64,000 nt of DNA, from the NCBI RefSeq assembly GCF_009914755.1, contig NC_060925.1; one strand, written 5' to 3'. Source of the stretch: the human T2T-CHM13v2.0 reference genome, Homo sapiens. The notes beneath the pieces are model-generated. The model was not told the DNA's origin and did no database searches. It worked only from the letters and a program-made list of their open reading frames with translations. Within the stretch, counting starts at the first letter, position 1. Each line of letters opens with the position of its first letter. The translations under genes were made by a program, and so were the position numbers. Shown here in pieces: positions 1-17,865 of the stretch.

Positions 1-638
1 GATAAGAGCCTTTTCTCAGAGACAGGATGTAAGCCATGAATCACGAGGCCTTTCCCAGGAGGTTAATCCAGAAGCCTGCCAAATGTGACCTGTAGGTTAT
101 CAGATGGGTGTCAAACCTGTGCTCTCCAGGACTAGCCACTGGCTAATCACACATGGCAGTTGCAACTTACCCTAAATAATATGAAAAGTCCAGCTCCTCA
201 GTCACATTAGCTACTTCAAGTGCTCAGTACCCACAGGCAGCTAGCGGCTACCGTCAGGGACAGAGCAGACCTGAGACGCTTCTGCCATCACTGTATATTC
301 TATGGGATGTTTCACTGCCTAGGTGCTGGCAACAGATGGTGGTACACTGTGGGCCAGCTATGGAGTGGAGAGCCTAAACCCACTGAGGTGGGGCTGGGAG
401 TGGTGAGGCTCATGGTGTAGGAAAAAGCTTCTCCAAGGAGCTGCACCTCCGCTGATCCTTAGCCTAAGGCTCCTGCTCTCTCTGAGCAGACAGCCTAGAC
501 CTTGACCTCTCCTTGCGTGCTGGTGCTCCTGGGGACCGGGCCCCCTTCCTTGTATTTCCACCTACTCCCTGTGTCTTTTTGTGGGCTTCCTTTGCCATCT
601 TCTCCATAGGTTTTCAGTGGAGGCTGCACTTGCACAGT

Positions 639-812
639 CCAGGGGATCTCAAACTGCATCAGAACCCCCTGGAGGGCTTGGTAAACCGCAGACTCCAGGG
701 CTTCACCCACGACCTCTGATCAGCAGATCTGGGGTGCAGCCAGAGACGGTGCACTTCAACAAATCGCCCAGTGATGCTGATGTTGCTGGTCTAGAACCAC
801 ACTTTGACAACC
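639..812. mobile_element. MER5A-like hAT-Charlie DNA transposon fragment
   Basis: Typical ends: tctcaaactgcatcagaa ... gaaccacactttga. Confidence 0.65.
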
Positions 813-1210
813 GTTGGTGTGGTCTAAAGAATCCCATTCACTGATTCATGCATTCAACAAATATTTATTGAATGCCACCATGTGCCGGGTACTCTTCCAG
901 TGCCGGGATAAGCTGTGAGCCACCCAGCAAAGCCCTTGTCCTTCATTCTAGGACATGGAGATGGACAGCAAACAAGTTTTCTAGGTTGGGTGGTGACGAC
1001 TGTTAGGAGGAAGAATAAGCCAGGGGAAGGCGAGGGGGATATTGCACAAGGTCGTGAGGAAAGTCCTCACTGACACAGTGACGTCTGAGCAGAGACCTGG
1101 GAGGGGACTTGGGGGAGAAGGAGACCCTGGCCCTTCTGACTCTGCTTTGTTCTATCCTCAGCTTTTTAATGTGGAAAATGAGAGTCATGTAAAAATCAGG
1201 GTCACAGTCT

Positions 1211-1474
1211 GGATGGGCGTGATGGCTCACACCTGTAATCCCAGCAATTTGGGAGGCCAAGGTGGAAGGATCACTTGAGACCAGGAGTTTGAGATCAGCC
1301 TGAGCAACACAGCCTCCGAGACACCATCTCTACTAAAAAATGCAAAAATTAGCTGGAGGCTGATTTGGGAGGATCACTTGAGCCTGAGAGGTTGAGGCTG
1401 CAGTGAGTCATGATTGAGCCACTGCACTCTAGCCTGGGCAACACAGTGAGACCCTGTCTCAAAAAAAAAAAAAA
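1211..1474 (+). mobile_element. AluJ-like element with internal deletion and ~20 bp TSD
   Basis: Alu consensus and A-tail; flanks aaaaatcagggtcacagtct / aaaaatcaaggtcacagtct. Confidence 0.9.
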
Positions 1475-2243
1475 TCAAGGTCACAGTCTACTCAATAGCT
1501 AGGTTTTAAAGACAAATTCAATTGTGTGTGTATGTGGTTCGTTACAAAAAAGCCTGGTGCCAAAAGCCATAGATTTGAGCTCAGCTTGCAATTTCACCCT
1601 TGGGCCACAGCAACTGATCCTCATGCTTCAGAAGCTTCTGCTGGTCACACCCCTCTCTGCAGGGTGAGGAGTCCCCAGGGCTAAGGGTACCAGGCTAGGA
1701 GCCTGTATGCCCCTTTAGAGGATGCCCTAGGATTACCAGTCCATACACCTAGTCCAGTTCCAGGACCCACAGCCCCCTTCCTGTCCATCCCTCAGGGCAT
1801 ACCAGGCCCCAGGGTTTGCACCCCAGGCCAGGAGATGACTGTGTAGGGATGGGGTGGACGGAACCTGACCTGGGGTCTGGAATGTCCATACAGGCATGTA
1901 CTGATTATGGATAGAGGGGGCCAGGCCAAGCCAAGGACTCTATTTATCTTCTTGTCTTGGGCTCTACAAACATCAGGGGCAGACCTGTTTGCTTCAACCC
2001 GTTAGCTGAGTGCTCCTTACCTCTATCCAGCTTTGGGGATGAGAAAGGAGAGTGCAGGCCAATCTACCACTGTTGGAAAAATAAACAAATGTTGTAGAGA
2101 TCATGGGTCAGTGGTGGTCCCTTCATCAATGAGAACAGCAGATGCGTGGGATCAGTCCTATCCCCTCTTATAAACATAAGCTTTTATGATGAAGTGCAAA
2201 TTTTCTGTGCCTTTCACAACTAATTTTTCTTTTCAACATGTGA

Positions 2244-2782
<539 letters not shown>

Positions 2783-3265
2783 GTCTTGTAGCAAGCATTT
2801 TCTCAGTGATGGACATTAGAAGGTTTATGTGTCCTACCCTATAGCCTTGGGTGCTGAAAGTGTCACATATTCAACTCATTGGCACACAAGTGACACCTGA
2901 TACAGGAAAGGACTTTTACATGGAGCCAATTAGAGAGAGCTGGAAAGATGTGATCTAGCACTCTACGTGCCATGTCGTCGTCCTTTGTGGCATCTGTATA
3001 TGGTGCTTTTGTGGCCGAATATGCCCATGTCATCAATGCATCAAAATATAAATGCATCATTTTCTAAACAAATGTGTTTACTGAACTCTTATGCTGTGTC
3101 ATGTACTGAGCCCAGCACAAGATACAAAGATCAATGAGGCACCATGTGTGCCTCAGGGTCTGTCTATAGGGGAGAACGTGCACACACAGGTGCTCCTGTG
3201 TGAATGTGCACACATAGAGGAACTGCTCATAAGATGAGAAAGCATTAACATATCTGGAGGAATAA

Positions 3266-3583
<318 letters not shown>

Positions 3584-3859
3584 TAAACACACATACACAC
3601 ACACACACAATGTATGAGATTATGCTGTGAATAACGTGTATCCTGACTTTTTTTCTTTCTTAACAGTCTCTCATGAGCATTTTCTCATGGCATTAAAAGT
3701 GCCCTATGAACAAGATTTGAATGACTACAGAATATTCTGCCATATGGCTGTGATGAGATTCATAGTACCTGCCTTAATTCATATAAATATTGTCTCTAAT
3801 TTAACAACATTATAGAGAAATCTAGGATGAACTTCTCTGAAATATATCTTTGTCTATAG

Positions 3860-4153
<294 letters not shown>

Positions 4154-4957
4154 TGAGTGAATGAATGAGCTAATGAATGAATGAGGCAAGGAAGGGATGC
4201 ACCAGCTGGTTCGGTTACATTCATGTGACCTGACAGAGACCAATCAATATGCCCTGTGTCCTGAGGGTTTCAAGTCAGAAGTCCACCCTCTCCCTCCCTG
4301 TTTCTGTCTAAGGGACTATTCTTGTTCTCATTTTGCAGAGCAGAAGTGACCAATGACAGTGACTAGCCCTGACCCTGTTCAGGTCTCCAGCTCTGTCCCC
4401 TTCTTCAGGTTCTCTCTGATATTTCATGTACTCAACAGTCAGCAATAACATACACAGCCAGTTCCCACCAAGGGAAGACGAGACTCTCCCCTCACGTCAC
4501 ACTGAGTCCCTAACTCAGCCAGGCACCCATGAACTCTCTGAGTTGATGACGGGCTGTCACTGTCTGAGGAGCTCCATCTATGCTAGAGACATTTCATAAC
4601 TGGACCAGAAAATATTACTGTCAAGAAAAGGAGGAATGCATGCTGGAGTTGATCCCATGGTTCATAAGTGAGGGGGCTAGGACCATTGCATTATCCAGGG
4701 CCACTGAGCGGTCGGAAGCCAGCCAAGAAGCTGGTGGCTGATTGTATGGAGAGTTCCAGATTATGCTCTTTCTCTGCATGACTATCATGAGTTTAGAAAG
4801 GTTTCTGTGTTGGGTGTTGTAGCCCTGCTTGTTAGGAAGTGAGTCCACTTATTTCCCAGCAAAGAGGACACATGGAGCTTAGCAGCAGAGCTGAGAGAGG
4901 AGCTGGTGCAAGGTGGTCCAGGCCAGCGCCGCCTCTTCCAGGCTGTATTGGCACTAG

Positions 4958-5248
<291 letters not shown>

Positions 5249-6155
5249 TAGATTCTCCTTTGTTCAATGATTCCAGAAGACCTAGGCTCTCACCTTGGCT
5301 CTGACTCTCACTAGATGTGACCTAATTTTGCAGCATGCATGAAACGAGGAGGTGAAATGACATCATCTCTAGGCCTGAAATGCCTCACTGCAACATTTTC
5401 CCCAAAAGGACAGTCTTGCCAAACAAGCTGGACAGATTGCACCAGAAGAAGCAAGTTAGCAGAATCCACATGGCCCATTATCTCAATGTGCAGAGTCCTG
5501 CAGGCCTGGCTGGTGACCAGCTGCCTACAGACACAGTGCAATTTTCTCGGGGCCATCTCTCCTGCATTCAGGCTGACTCAGGGTCATGAGTATCTCTCAG
5601 GAACATGGCAGTGATTCAGCCTTTGTCGGTGGGGAAAATGATGAATCCCTTTGATTATTTCCCAAGAAAGACACACGAGACCCTGGCTCGACAGGGACAC
5701 GTGCAAATGTCTGATAAGCAGGACTTTCCAGCAAAAGGGAGCAGAACCACGGGTGTGATGCAGTCAAGTTTGGAGCAGAAGTTGCAGAACAACTCAGAAG
5801 AAACACACGGGCAGGGGGCAGATGTGGGCTTCAAAACTTTAGGGGTGTGGAATATGCTTTCTTTAGACACTGGGGCAAACTGCTAGTATGCTTCACTTTG
5901 CAAAGTACTAGATCTAGGAAGACAGATCTAATGAAGGATGCATTTGTGTATTTAAAAAGCATCTTGCATTTCTCAGTAGTGTTTGCGGCAATCTCTTTAA
6001 GCATCAAGTGCTTCTTTTCATTTCATGTGATTATGAAATACGATTGAAACAATATTTCAATGCATTTTTAGACAGCCTGTGCTGGGTGGACAGGAGTCAT
6101 TTAATCTCTGCCATGGCTCTAGAGCACAACCCTTTTCTGTCTCTGAGTCCCATAG

Positions 6156-6545
<390 letters not shown>

Positions 6546-6885
6546 TAGGTTCAAGTCCCAGCTCAGCCCCTGACAGCCATGTGAGCTGGGGTGAGAAGCA
6601 CCAGTCAGAATCTGAGGCTTCCCATTTGTGAAAAAGACAATCATTTGTTCAACAACAATTATTTGTTCATTCAGAAGTGCTTGGAAAGTGTCTACCATGT
6701 GCCAGGCACTATTCCACATGCTCAAGATGCGGTTGAACAAGTCTACCAACTCACAAGATTGGGCTTACGCTCTCGAGAAGGAAATAGACACTAAACAAAT
6801 GTATAATAGAATGTTGGATGGTGGCAGGTGCTATGAAGAGGAATCAGAGGAAGGGCCAGCAGTAGATGCCATGCGGTGAGATTTG

Positions 6886-7600
6886 AGGTGAGGAGGAGGA
6901 AGTGGTGGCAGAGGAGGAGGAGGTGGAGGAGGTAGTCATGGAGGAGGAGATGGAGGAGGAGGAGGGGGTAGTGGAGGAGGAGGACATAGTGGAGGAGGAG
7001 GAGGAGGTGGAAGAGGAGGAGGTGGTGGCTGAGATAATGGAGGAGGAGGAGGAAGTGGTGGCAGAGGAGGAGGAGGTAGAGGAGGTAGTCATGGAGGAGG
7101 AGATGGAGGAGGAGGAGGAGGTGGAAAAGGAGGAGGTGGTGGCTGAGATAATGGAGAAGGAGGAGGAGATGGAGGAGGAGGAAGAGGTAGCGGAGAAGGA
7201 GGAGGTAGTGGAGGAGGAGGAGGAGGTGGAAGAGGAGGAAGTGGTGGCTGAGATAGTGGAGGAGAAGGAGGTAGTAGAGCAGGAGAAGGGGGTAATGGAG
7301 GAGGAGGACATAGTGGAGGAGGAGGAGGTGGAAGAGGAGGAGGTGGTGGCTGAGATAATGGAGGAGGAGGAGGAGGTAATGGTGGAGGAGGAGATGGAGG
7401 AGGAGGAAGAGGTAGCGGAGGAGGAGGTAGTGGAGGAGGAGGTGGAAGAGGAGGAGGTGGTGGCTGAGATAGTGGAGGAGGAGGAGGTAGTAGGAGAGGA
7501 GGGGGGGTAGTGGAGAAGGAGGAGGTGGTGGCGGAGGAGGAGGAGGTGGAGGCAGTAGTGGTGGTGGTGGTGCAGGAGGAGGAGGAAGAGAAGGAGGGAG
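6886..7600 (+). repeat. GAG/GTG-rich degenerate tandem repeat (VNTR-like) in TRIM67 intron 5
   Basis: Runs of GAG with a recurring higher-order unit; gtggtggctgagata appears 5 times. Confidence 0.92.
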
Positions 7601-9107
7601 AAGAATCTAGGCGAAGAGTTTTGCAGGCAGCAGAGGGATAGCAAGTCCAAAGTCCCTGAGGCAAGAATCAGTTTTCTCTGTCCCAAGAGCAAGAAGGTCA
7701 GAGGTGAGAGCAGAATGAGCAAGGTGGGTTCAGAGACCCTAGAGGGTTAAGTAAAGTTTGCATAACTTGCCCCATTATGAAATCAGCAAATGCTGGCCAG
7801 AACCGGAGTCCTACTCTGCATGCTGCCCCTCCACAGATGTCAAGGGAGGGGAGGTAAAGCTCTTTGGTTTTTGTGGACTGAGGGCCACACTTGCAGAATC
7901 TGTGAACTCAGGAAGTCCTTACCTGCATAATTTGTGGCCATTTTAAACTAAAGAAGGAAGTCTCTCTCACATTGCCATGCTCACTCCCACACAGCTTGCA
8001 CCTCCAGGAAGGTCTGGAAAGGCCATTTGCCCCAGGTGTAAATGACACGCAGTGCTGAGAAGCAGGAGGAGCCTGGCAGAGTGGATGAGCTGCAGTGGAA
8101 GAGAGAGGTCCCCTTGGAAAGTGGGGGTGTGGAGGGAGGGCTTAGGGCCACTCCAGATGCTGCTCCTAGCTGGATGTGGTCACTGGACTGGTCAGGGGTA
8201 ACTGGACTGGATGGGGTCACTGGCTGGTCAGCGTTCAGAGAGGAAGCGGGAGAGCAGAGCAGCAGGGCCCAGGGGATGGAGCGAGGACTCCTACCAGCTC
8301 GTTAACTGAGGCTGGGAGTCAGTCTGTGCTCAGCCAGTCCCGTGCCCAAATTCTTGGAACCAAATTGAAATATGTACTTTTAACAAAACCAGTGTTTCAA
8401 TTTTCCCTTAAAAATAAAAAAAAAGGTCAAAGTGGACTCTATCGATTTCTAAAATCTCTTGAGCCTGAATAGAGCTAGAAAATTTGTAAACTTCTCCCAC
8501 TCTCACCTTAATAGGACTTCTGATACAACTGATTCAAATCCTTAGTTCTTTAGGTTGACTGTCCAATACTCGAGACTTTCTTCTGTTGCCTGGATCTTGT
8601 TCACTGACCTTGTAAATGCTTCCAGCCAAAGGTTTAAAGGCATCTCCCCTCACCTTCCCAGTTCCAGGCATGAGCTGCAGGCTGGCTGCCACTTAGCTGT
8701 GGGCCCTGCGGAGAGGATCCCTAGGGACTTGTGCCACGCACAGGGAGCCTGGACTCTGTTGGAACTGTTGATGCGTTCCTCATGAGTCTGAGTCAAAACC
8801 AGTGGTTCTCAGTGGGCAGATGGGAAAGAGGACATCCTTCCTTAGGGCCATAGGCTCAGAGGGGTGGGGCCATCTGCCACGGCCCCCTGAGATTCCAGGA
8901 AGGACAACCCCTAGGTTTGAGAAGTGCAGGTCACCTGTGCTTGGCTTCATCCCCAGCCCACCTGGAGACTGACTCCTGGGCGTCTGGGAGTGACTACAGG
9001 GTGGCCAGGGAGGGAATTTAGCCTGGCTGTCCTCTGGAGGCCAGGACCCCTGGGATGGGGTGGGGTGGGGGACCGGGCTGGGGCCCTCGGAGGGCTTCCT
9101 GCGCTAA

Positions 9108-9305
<198 letters not shown>

Positions 9306-10690
9306 TGAGGGTACCAATGCAGAGGCAGGAGTGGCTCCCACTGCCCCAGACTCTGGTTCAGCCCATGGGGACATTGTGTTGCCATCCTGAGGGGACACTG
9401 GCCAAAAGGATAAAGAAGGCTGGCGGAGATGGGGCTTCCCTCCCAAGGGCTAGGTCTGGGAGGACTGACACAGGCGTGGGGCTGGAGGAGAACTCAGAGA
9501 AGGTGTTTCCTGCACCCACCTCCTTTCCCGTTTACCCCCAGCCCCTCACACAGCAACACATTCCCTCAACGGGTTTTGTCACACCTTGTCTTGTCTCATC
9601 CTCTAATTATTTCACCCGGCTCTGTCTTGTCTTGGGAGGTATCATTTCTGGAGACGAGGAAGCACTGTCTGACCCTCATATACCTGGCAAGGTGCTGGGC
9701 ATATAGAGGATGCTGGATAAATGGTTGTTGAATCGGGACAACATTCTGCAGTCATGTCCCTGCTGATAGACTATCATGGGGGCAATAAAGGTTCTTAGTG
9801 AGCCAGAAATGCATCTTCTACTCCCCATCTTCTAGAAACCCTGGAGCAGGACTCCACCCCAACCCAGCCCTAATAGAGCACTACCTCGAGATTTCACTCC
9901 GTGACGTTCAGGCGGACATGAATGCCAGAGAGCACAAACTCTGGGCCTTCTCAGATCACCTGGTTCCTAGCCCAGAGAAGATTAAATAAACACTCATTCC
10001 AACAAACCACTGCAATCATAACAACACTCGCATCTCTTCTCCTGGGAAGTTGCACCCATTTAACAAACCTTGCCGAAGGTCAACATTCCCTTAGTTTCTC
10101 TCAAAGAGATGTACATATGTGTCGTTTTACTTTGTGTTTGAAAAATACAGGAATGTAAGAATTATGGAAATAATTGCAGCACTTCCGTGGGAATTACTGA
10201 GTCCCATGTGAATATGGGCCAATTAGGGAGGTAAGATGAGATAGCTTGAGCCGGGTCACTGAGTGCAGACCCCAGTCACTCCTGTTGTGCAAATCAGCCA
10301 AGAACTGAAAGAGCTCGTCCACCCGAAACCAAGAGGAGAGCCAGTATTTTTGAAATGGGAAGAAAGAAAAGGCTGTTGGGAAATATTAAAAGAAGCAGCC
10401 ACAGAGCTTAAAAATGGTCCCTCCTCTTTGAGACATGGCCACTAACAAAAGCTAGACCTAAGGGCTAGGGTTTATAAGGAAGAGGGTCTTACAGTAGGAA
10501 AAGTGTGGATGTTGCATGCAGACAGACCTGGATTTGAGCTGTGGCTCCTATATGGATTAGCTGTGATCTTAGACCACATTATTTAATTAGCAGAAAATAA
10601 TGACATGGGAGAGGCAAAAGGCTATGCATTTGGGGGGTTGAATAGGACAAAGGTAACTTTGAAGCTAATGGAGAACAAGATCAATCTTTA

Positions 10691-11004
<314 letters not shown>

Positions 11005-11401
11005 GGAAAGAAAGAAAAGTATCTTTGAGGCCAGATGCAGAAATGTCTCACCCTTTGGAAAGACCAGAAAACAGCAGCTCCAGGAGGGCTAAGGAGTGGA
11101 AGATGCCAGCCTCAGGTGTGGGAGGAGACAAAGAAGTGGATGTGCCCGTGGCTCAATAGTCTTGTTGACCAGGTAGACCTTGGCAGAGTCAGGATGTTCC
11201 TGGTCAGTATCCTGGCTGGCTGCAGACCCAGGAAGCTTGCCTCACCAGGACCCCATCACGCCTCGCCGCCTCGCAGGCAGAGGGGCCGGGCAGCCAGTAG
11301 TAAGGCATTCATGCCCAAGTTGGTCAAGTTCTGTGAGCCAGCCATGACTGAATGTAATTTCCCTTTTTAATAACTTCTATTTGGTAAGAATTTTTTTTTT
11401 A

Positions 11402-11820
<419 letters not shown>

Positions 11821-11881
11821 CACTTTTAATGTCAATGTGTTTCCAGAAGCCATTTGCTAAGAGGAGCTTTCCAAATGCTAG

Positions 11882-12204
<323 letters not shown>

Positions 12205-13158
12205 CCACAGGCGGGCTCCCAAAGGACAAAGATTGACTCCTAGGGCCAACCCACATTTCATCCCGTGGACCAGGGGAAAGGATGAGCTGCTGAAGATGGG
12301 GGAGGGAGGAAGTGCAGGGCCGGAGGGGCCGGTTGAGGTGCATACGCCTCACCCTGCTCTGCACACACAGCTCTTTGCTGCACCCACATGGCCTACAAGC
12401 CACGAAAGAAACATTCATTTACCCCATTGTGCTGGACTAAATGTGAAGTAGCTAAGGGAGGCTAAACTTCTCCCACTTCTCAAGGGCTGAGGAGTGAGTA
12501 GGACAGTCCCAGACAAGAAAACTCCACGATAGATGCAGTGGGCCCACACCAGTCCCTACATTTGAGCCTTTCTCACAGCGGAAAAGTGCCCTTTAATCCC
12601 CAGCATCAGAGCTCACATCCAGTGATTTATACACCTACCTGCAGCCTTTTAGGTCTTGGGCAACAACAGCATGTTGATATTAATTCAGTGGAATTTTGAT
12701 CATCTGAGTTCTTAGCAGAGAGCAATGAGAGAAATAGGAATCACATTCCAAAGAGAGTTCTGCTCCCCCAGGTGTGGCCCAGCCCAGGCTGCAGAGGCAG
12801 TTTCCAGCTCCCCACTGCCTCCAAGAAGAGGGCAAATCGTGCATTCATTGTTATCATTTAGTCCACACATCCTCTGACTGCCACAGCTGGATGGTCTCCT
12901 AGAGGCAGGGAGGAGTAGGAGCATGAGCAGATGCTGGTGTCAAAAGGCCCAGCCAGGGACACTTTTCTGAAAATGATGCCACCTGCAGAGTCACTTTGTA
13001 CACCCCTAGAGGAGAGCTCGCTAGCTTCTGCCTCTAGACTCTCCTGCCTGCCCAGAGATGAGCGGTCCTTGCCCTGTGCATTGTGGTCATGACTTTAGAG
13101 TAAGGGACTCACTTCTATCAACCTGGGGGGTTGGGGAGCAAAAGGGGGCACCACCTGA

Positions 13159-13872
<714 letters not shown>

Positions 13873-14073
13873 GCTATTTCCTCCTGTATTTCTAACTGTG
13901 AGCATTTGGAAGGGTTTTAGAAACCAAGACCAGAAAATGCATCTAGATTTGAGGTTTTGAGGCCTGAAAATCCTTGGCAAGGCCAGGCTCGTAGGGCTGG
14001 CAACTTGGATGAACACAGAGCAGGGAGTGTGTGCATGTGTGTACGTTTGTGTGTGTGTGCACGTGTGTGGTAA

Positions 14074-14562
<489 letters not shown>

Positions 14563-16021
14563 TGAGGGTCCTGAAGACCAGTGTCCCTTCTGCTGTCCCC
14601 AAAGCCAGGAGGAATTGAGAGGAGGTATTTTCAGCCACTTTGGTCTCCATTTTCTAGGAGGCCTTCACTCTGCCCATATAGAACTGGCCTGCAGCCCAGA
14701 TGAGGGTATGTTATGGTGACTCTCACAGCACCCGCACAGATGGGTCTCCCAAGTTACCCAGCGGGCCACACGGTGGTCCTCTGCTGGGATATGGAGCTCG
14801 TAGTTTTCTTTCTGGTACGGCTTCACTTTCCTTTTCAACTGTCAACCCAAGCTTGGGTTGCTGCAGGGTGTTAATGGGCACCACTGGGGCTGGTGTCCTC
14901 ACAGCTGTGACCAGGTCATTGCCACTAACTTGCCTGCAGTGATCCTGGCCACTGCCCTGGTCTCATGTGGGCTTGAGCCTCGGCAGGGCCGGGCCCTTGA
15001 CAGGGCAGTAGCAGAGGGCATGGCTGGGGTGCTCACTACTAACGAGCCTGCCAAGGGTGCCCACAGCTGTGGCTTTGCCCTGAGACTGGCCCTGGGAGTA
15101 GGGTCACCAGCATGGACACAGGAGACTCAGGTCCTGGCCTGTGAAACTACTGGGACCTCTGTTAGGAGGGCAGATGGGGATGGGTCCTCCAGGGCTGCCC
15201 CTGAGGCCTGGGCTTCTCTAGGGTGCCTTGGTCTCTCTCCTCAGACACAAAGAAGGCAGTGCCCCCCCAACACCCCTGCACCATAGCTCTGTACTCTTTC
15301 TCCTCTCCCAGGGATTTTGTGCTCACACCTGGCCAGCATGTGGGGATGGACGTGGGGGTGAAGAATCCCCAAGGCCAGAAATGGAGAGTTGCAAGTTGCA
15401 GCCACCTGAAGCCACCTCCTTGCTATGGAGCCTTGCTCCTGGTCTGCTAAGGGCCATCTCCCCAGCAGGAAGGGGTGAGGAACTTCAAGAGCTGACCTTG
15501 ACTTCGCTGGGCCCCAGCCCCAGGCAAAATTGACCCGGAGGCTCTCAGTGCTCTGGGCCCACCTGCAGCTCCTATAACAGCCCCTGGGGCACCTTCCCGC
15601 AGAGGAAGGACCAGCTTCTTCTTTCTCAGGGAAGCCACGTCTAATCTGGGCCAGGGACTTGCCTGAGGGCCCTCAGGACCCCATCTGCTTGCCTCTTTGC
15701 TTGTAGGCAGGGCCCCTTCTCTCCTGAGTCCTGGGGAAGAGGCGGGCAGCTCTGTGCCTCTGCCCGGACACTGCAGGCTGGCCACTCTCCCTCCCACCCA
15801 CAGAGGGGCCAAGTCCAGGCCCATCAGCTCCGTCTCTGCTTGCTTAAACCAAACTGGCACCCAGATACCCTGTTTGCTGGCAGGAGTGATAACAAGAAGC
15901 ATTTATCAAACCCTTACTTGTGCTCAATGCTGTAGGAAGCACTCGATGTATCTGAGCTCATTTAATCCTTGCAAAGGTACTATTATTGTTGCCATTTTAC
16001 AGATTATAAAACTGGGGCTTA

Positions 16022-16292
16022 GGCTGGAATGGTGGCTTGCACCTGCAATCCCAGCACTTAAGGAGGCCGAGGCAGAAGGATTGCTTGAGCCCAGGTGTTT
16101 GAGACCAGCCTGGGCAACTTAGTGAGACCCTGTCTCTGTAAATAATAGTAATTTTAAAAATTAGCCAGGCATGGTGCTGTGTACCTGTAGTTTCAGCTAC
16201 TTGGGAGGCCGAGGCAGGAGGATCGCTTGTGCCCAGGAGTTCAAGACCAGCCTGGGCAATATAGTGAGACCCTCCTCTCTACCAAAAAAAAA
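16022..16292 (+). mobile_element. AluJ/FLAM-like tandem monomers
   Basis: Alu consensus and A/TA tail. Confidence 0.8.
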
Positions 16293-17219
16293 AAATATAT
16301 ATATATATATATATTTTGTTTGTTTGTTTAATATATATATTAAAAAGCCTGGGCTTAGGAAGGTCAGACAACGGCTCGGGTCACGCGGCTAGTTGATACT
16401 GTCAGGGTTGAGCCCAGGACCCCAGCCTTGGTTTGTGTGGTGCAGACTCCCCAGCTCTCCTGGCCATTGGCCACCACACCCCTCCCAAGGGCTGCGGAGC
16501 ACTTCTTGGGCCTTTGCTGTCTTTGACAGCCCCTTGGTGCCACCTCAGTAAGAAAAGCAGAAGGGAAGTGAGGCCATGAGAAGGTAGAGAGAACCTGCCC
16601 CTGTCTGCATGTCCTCCCACCCTCGGATGTGGATCGGGTAGGGTAAGCGCTATCTGGGAGGAAGCCGAGGCAGCCGGGAAGTTGGACCCCAGAGCTGACT
16701 GGGGGCCTGAGGCTTTGCTTAGGTTGGACTCATTCCTGCACCTCCCATGGGTCACTACCGCCACCCGGTGGTCGGTGTCCAAATAGCATCAACAGTGCGG
16801 TTTTAGTTTCCTTCTCCCACCTGCCGGATCCCGCCCCGGGCACCCTCGGGGGAAACCCTGCCTTCTCCGGAAACACCTGTCTGGGCCGCCCACCAAGTCC
16901 TCCTCGGGACTTCCTGTCGTGAATCCTCGCTGCTCACCTTCCCTCTGCCCTACCAGCAGCGTCCAGCAGATCAACTCATTATCAATCTGGAAGGACAAAC
17001 ATGGTTTTCTTAGCAGAGTGGCGCTGCTAAGGTTAAGGCTAAGACCTCAGCCCTGAGCGGGCGCGGTGGCTCAAGCCTGTGGTCTCAGCTACTCAGGAGG
17101 CTGAGGCAGGAGGATCCCTTGAGCCCAGGAGTCCAAGACCAGCATGGGCAACATAGTGAGGCCCTCGTCTCTATAAAATAATTTAAAAATTAGCCGGGCA
17201 TGGTGTGTGCCTGTAGTCC

Positions 17220-17865
17220 TGTTGTACCTAGGCGAGTTAAGGAAACGCTACACTTTGAGACGAATTAAGAGTCCTTTATTAAGCCGGTGGCCAAAGAGAC
17301 AGCTAATGCTCAAAATTCTCTCGGCCACGAGTAACGAGCTCGATTAACTTTTATACTTAGGTTTAGGAAGGGGAGGGGGACTCAAATGTAATAATTCTAC
17401 AGAAGTAAAAACATGCAAGAATCAAAAGAAGCAAAATAGTTACAGAGAGATAAACAACTTGAAAGACAAATAGTTACAAGAAGAGCAACGGTACCAGGTG
17501 CAAGGTTCTAAATCTTTCATTATAATTAGATATAAGGTCTATGCCGGACACGAACTCAAGGTTTTATGTTGTTATCTCTTAGAGAAAAATCCTAAGAACT
17601 TCATACATTGTTGGTGTTAGTACCTTATCAGTTAATTGGGCTCTTTTGAAATGCTGAGGATCTGTTTACCCAGGCCAACTCCTTACGGAAGGGGGTTAGG
17701 TGAGGAGCCTTTAGTGTCTTGTAAATTAAAAGGTCAATTGGAGTTTGTCCAGCCTTCCCAGCTAGAGAGAGTCTTATTTACATGAGAAGCAAGGCTAGGT
17801 GATTAAAGAGACAAGCAGGACAAAATTCAAAGTAACAAGTTAGAGTAAAAAGGTTAGGCGTTTCA
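17220..17865 (-). mobile_element. Solo ERV1-class LTR (possibly LTR6/HERV-S71 type) inserted into an AluJ (~17057-17989)
   Basis: TG...CA termini; 4-bp TSD GTCC at 17216-17219 and 17866-17869; minus-strand TATAAAA 17355-17349 and AATAAA 17280-17275; the Alu resumes exactly after the TSD; family name is from memory. Confidence 0.85.

Noticed and set aside
6844-7722. 292-aa Ser/Thr-rich and 191-aa Pro-rich minus-strand ORFs
   Set aside because: Antisense readings of the GAG repeat; (CTC)n rarely contains stops; no promoter, splice or homology support.
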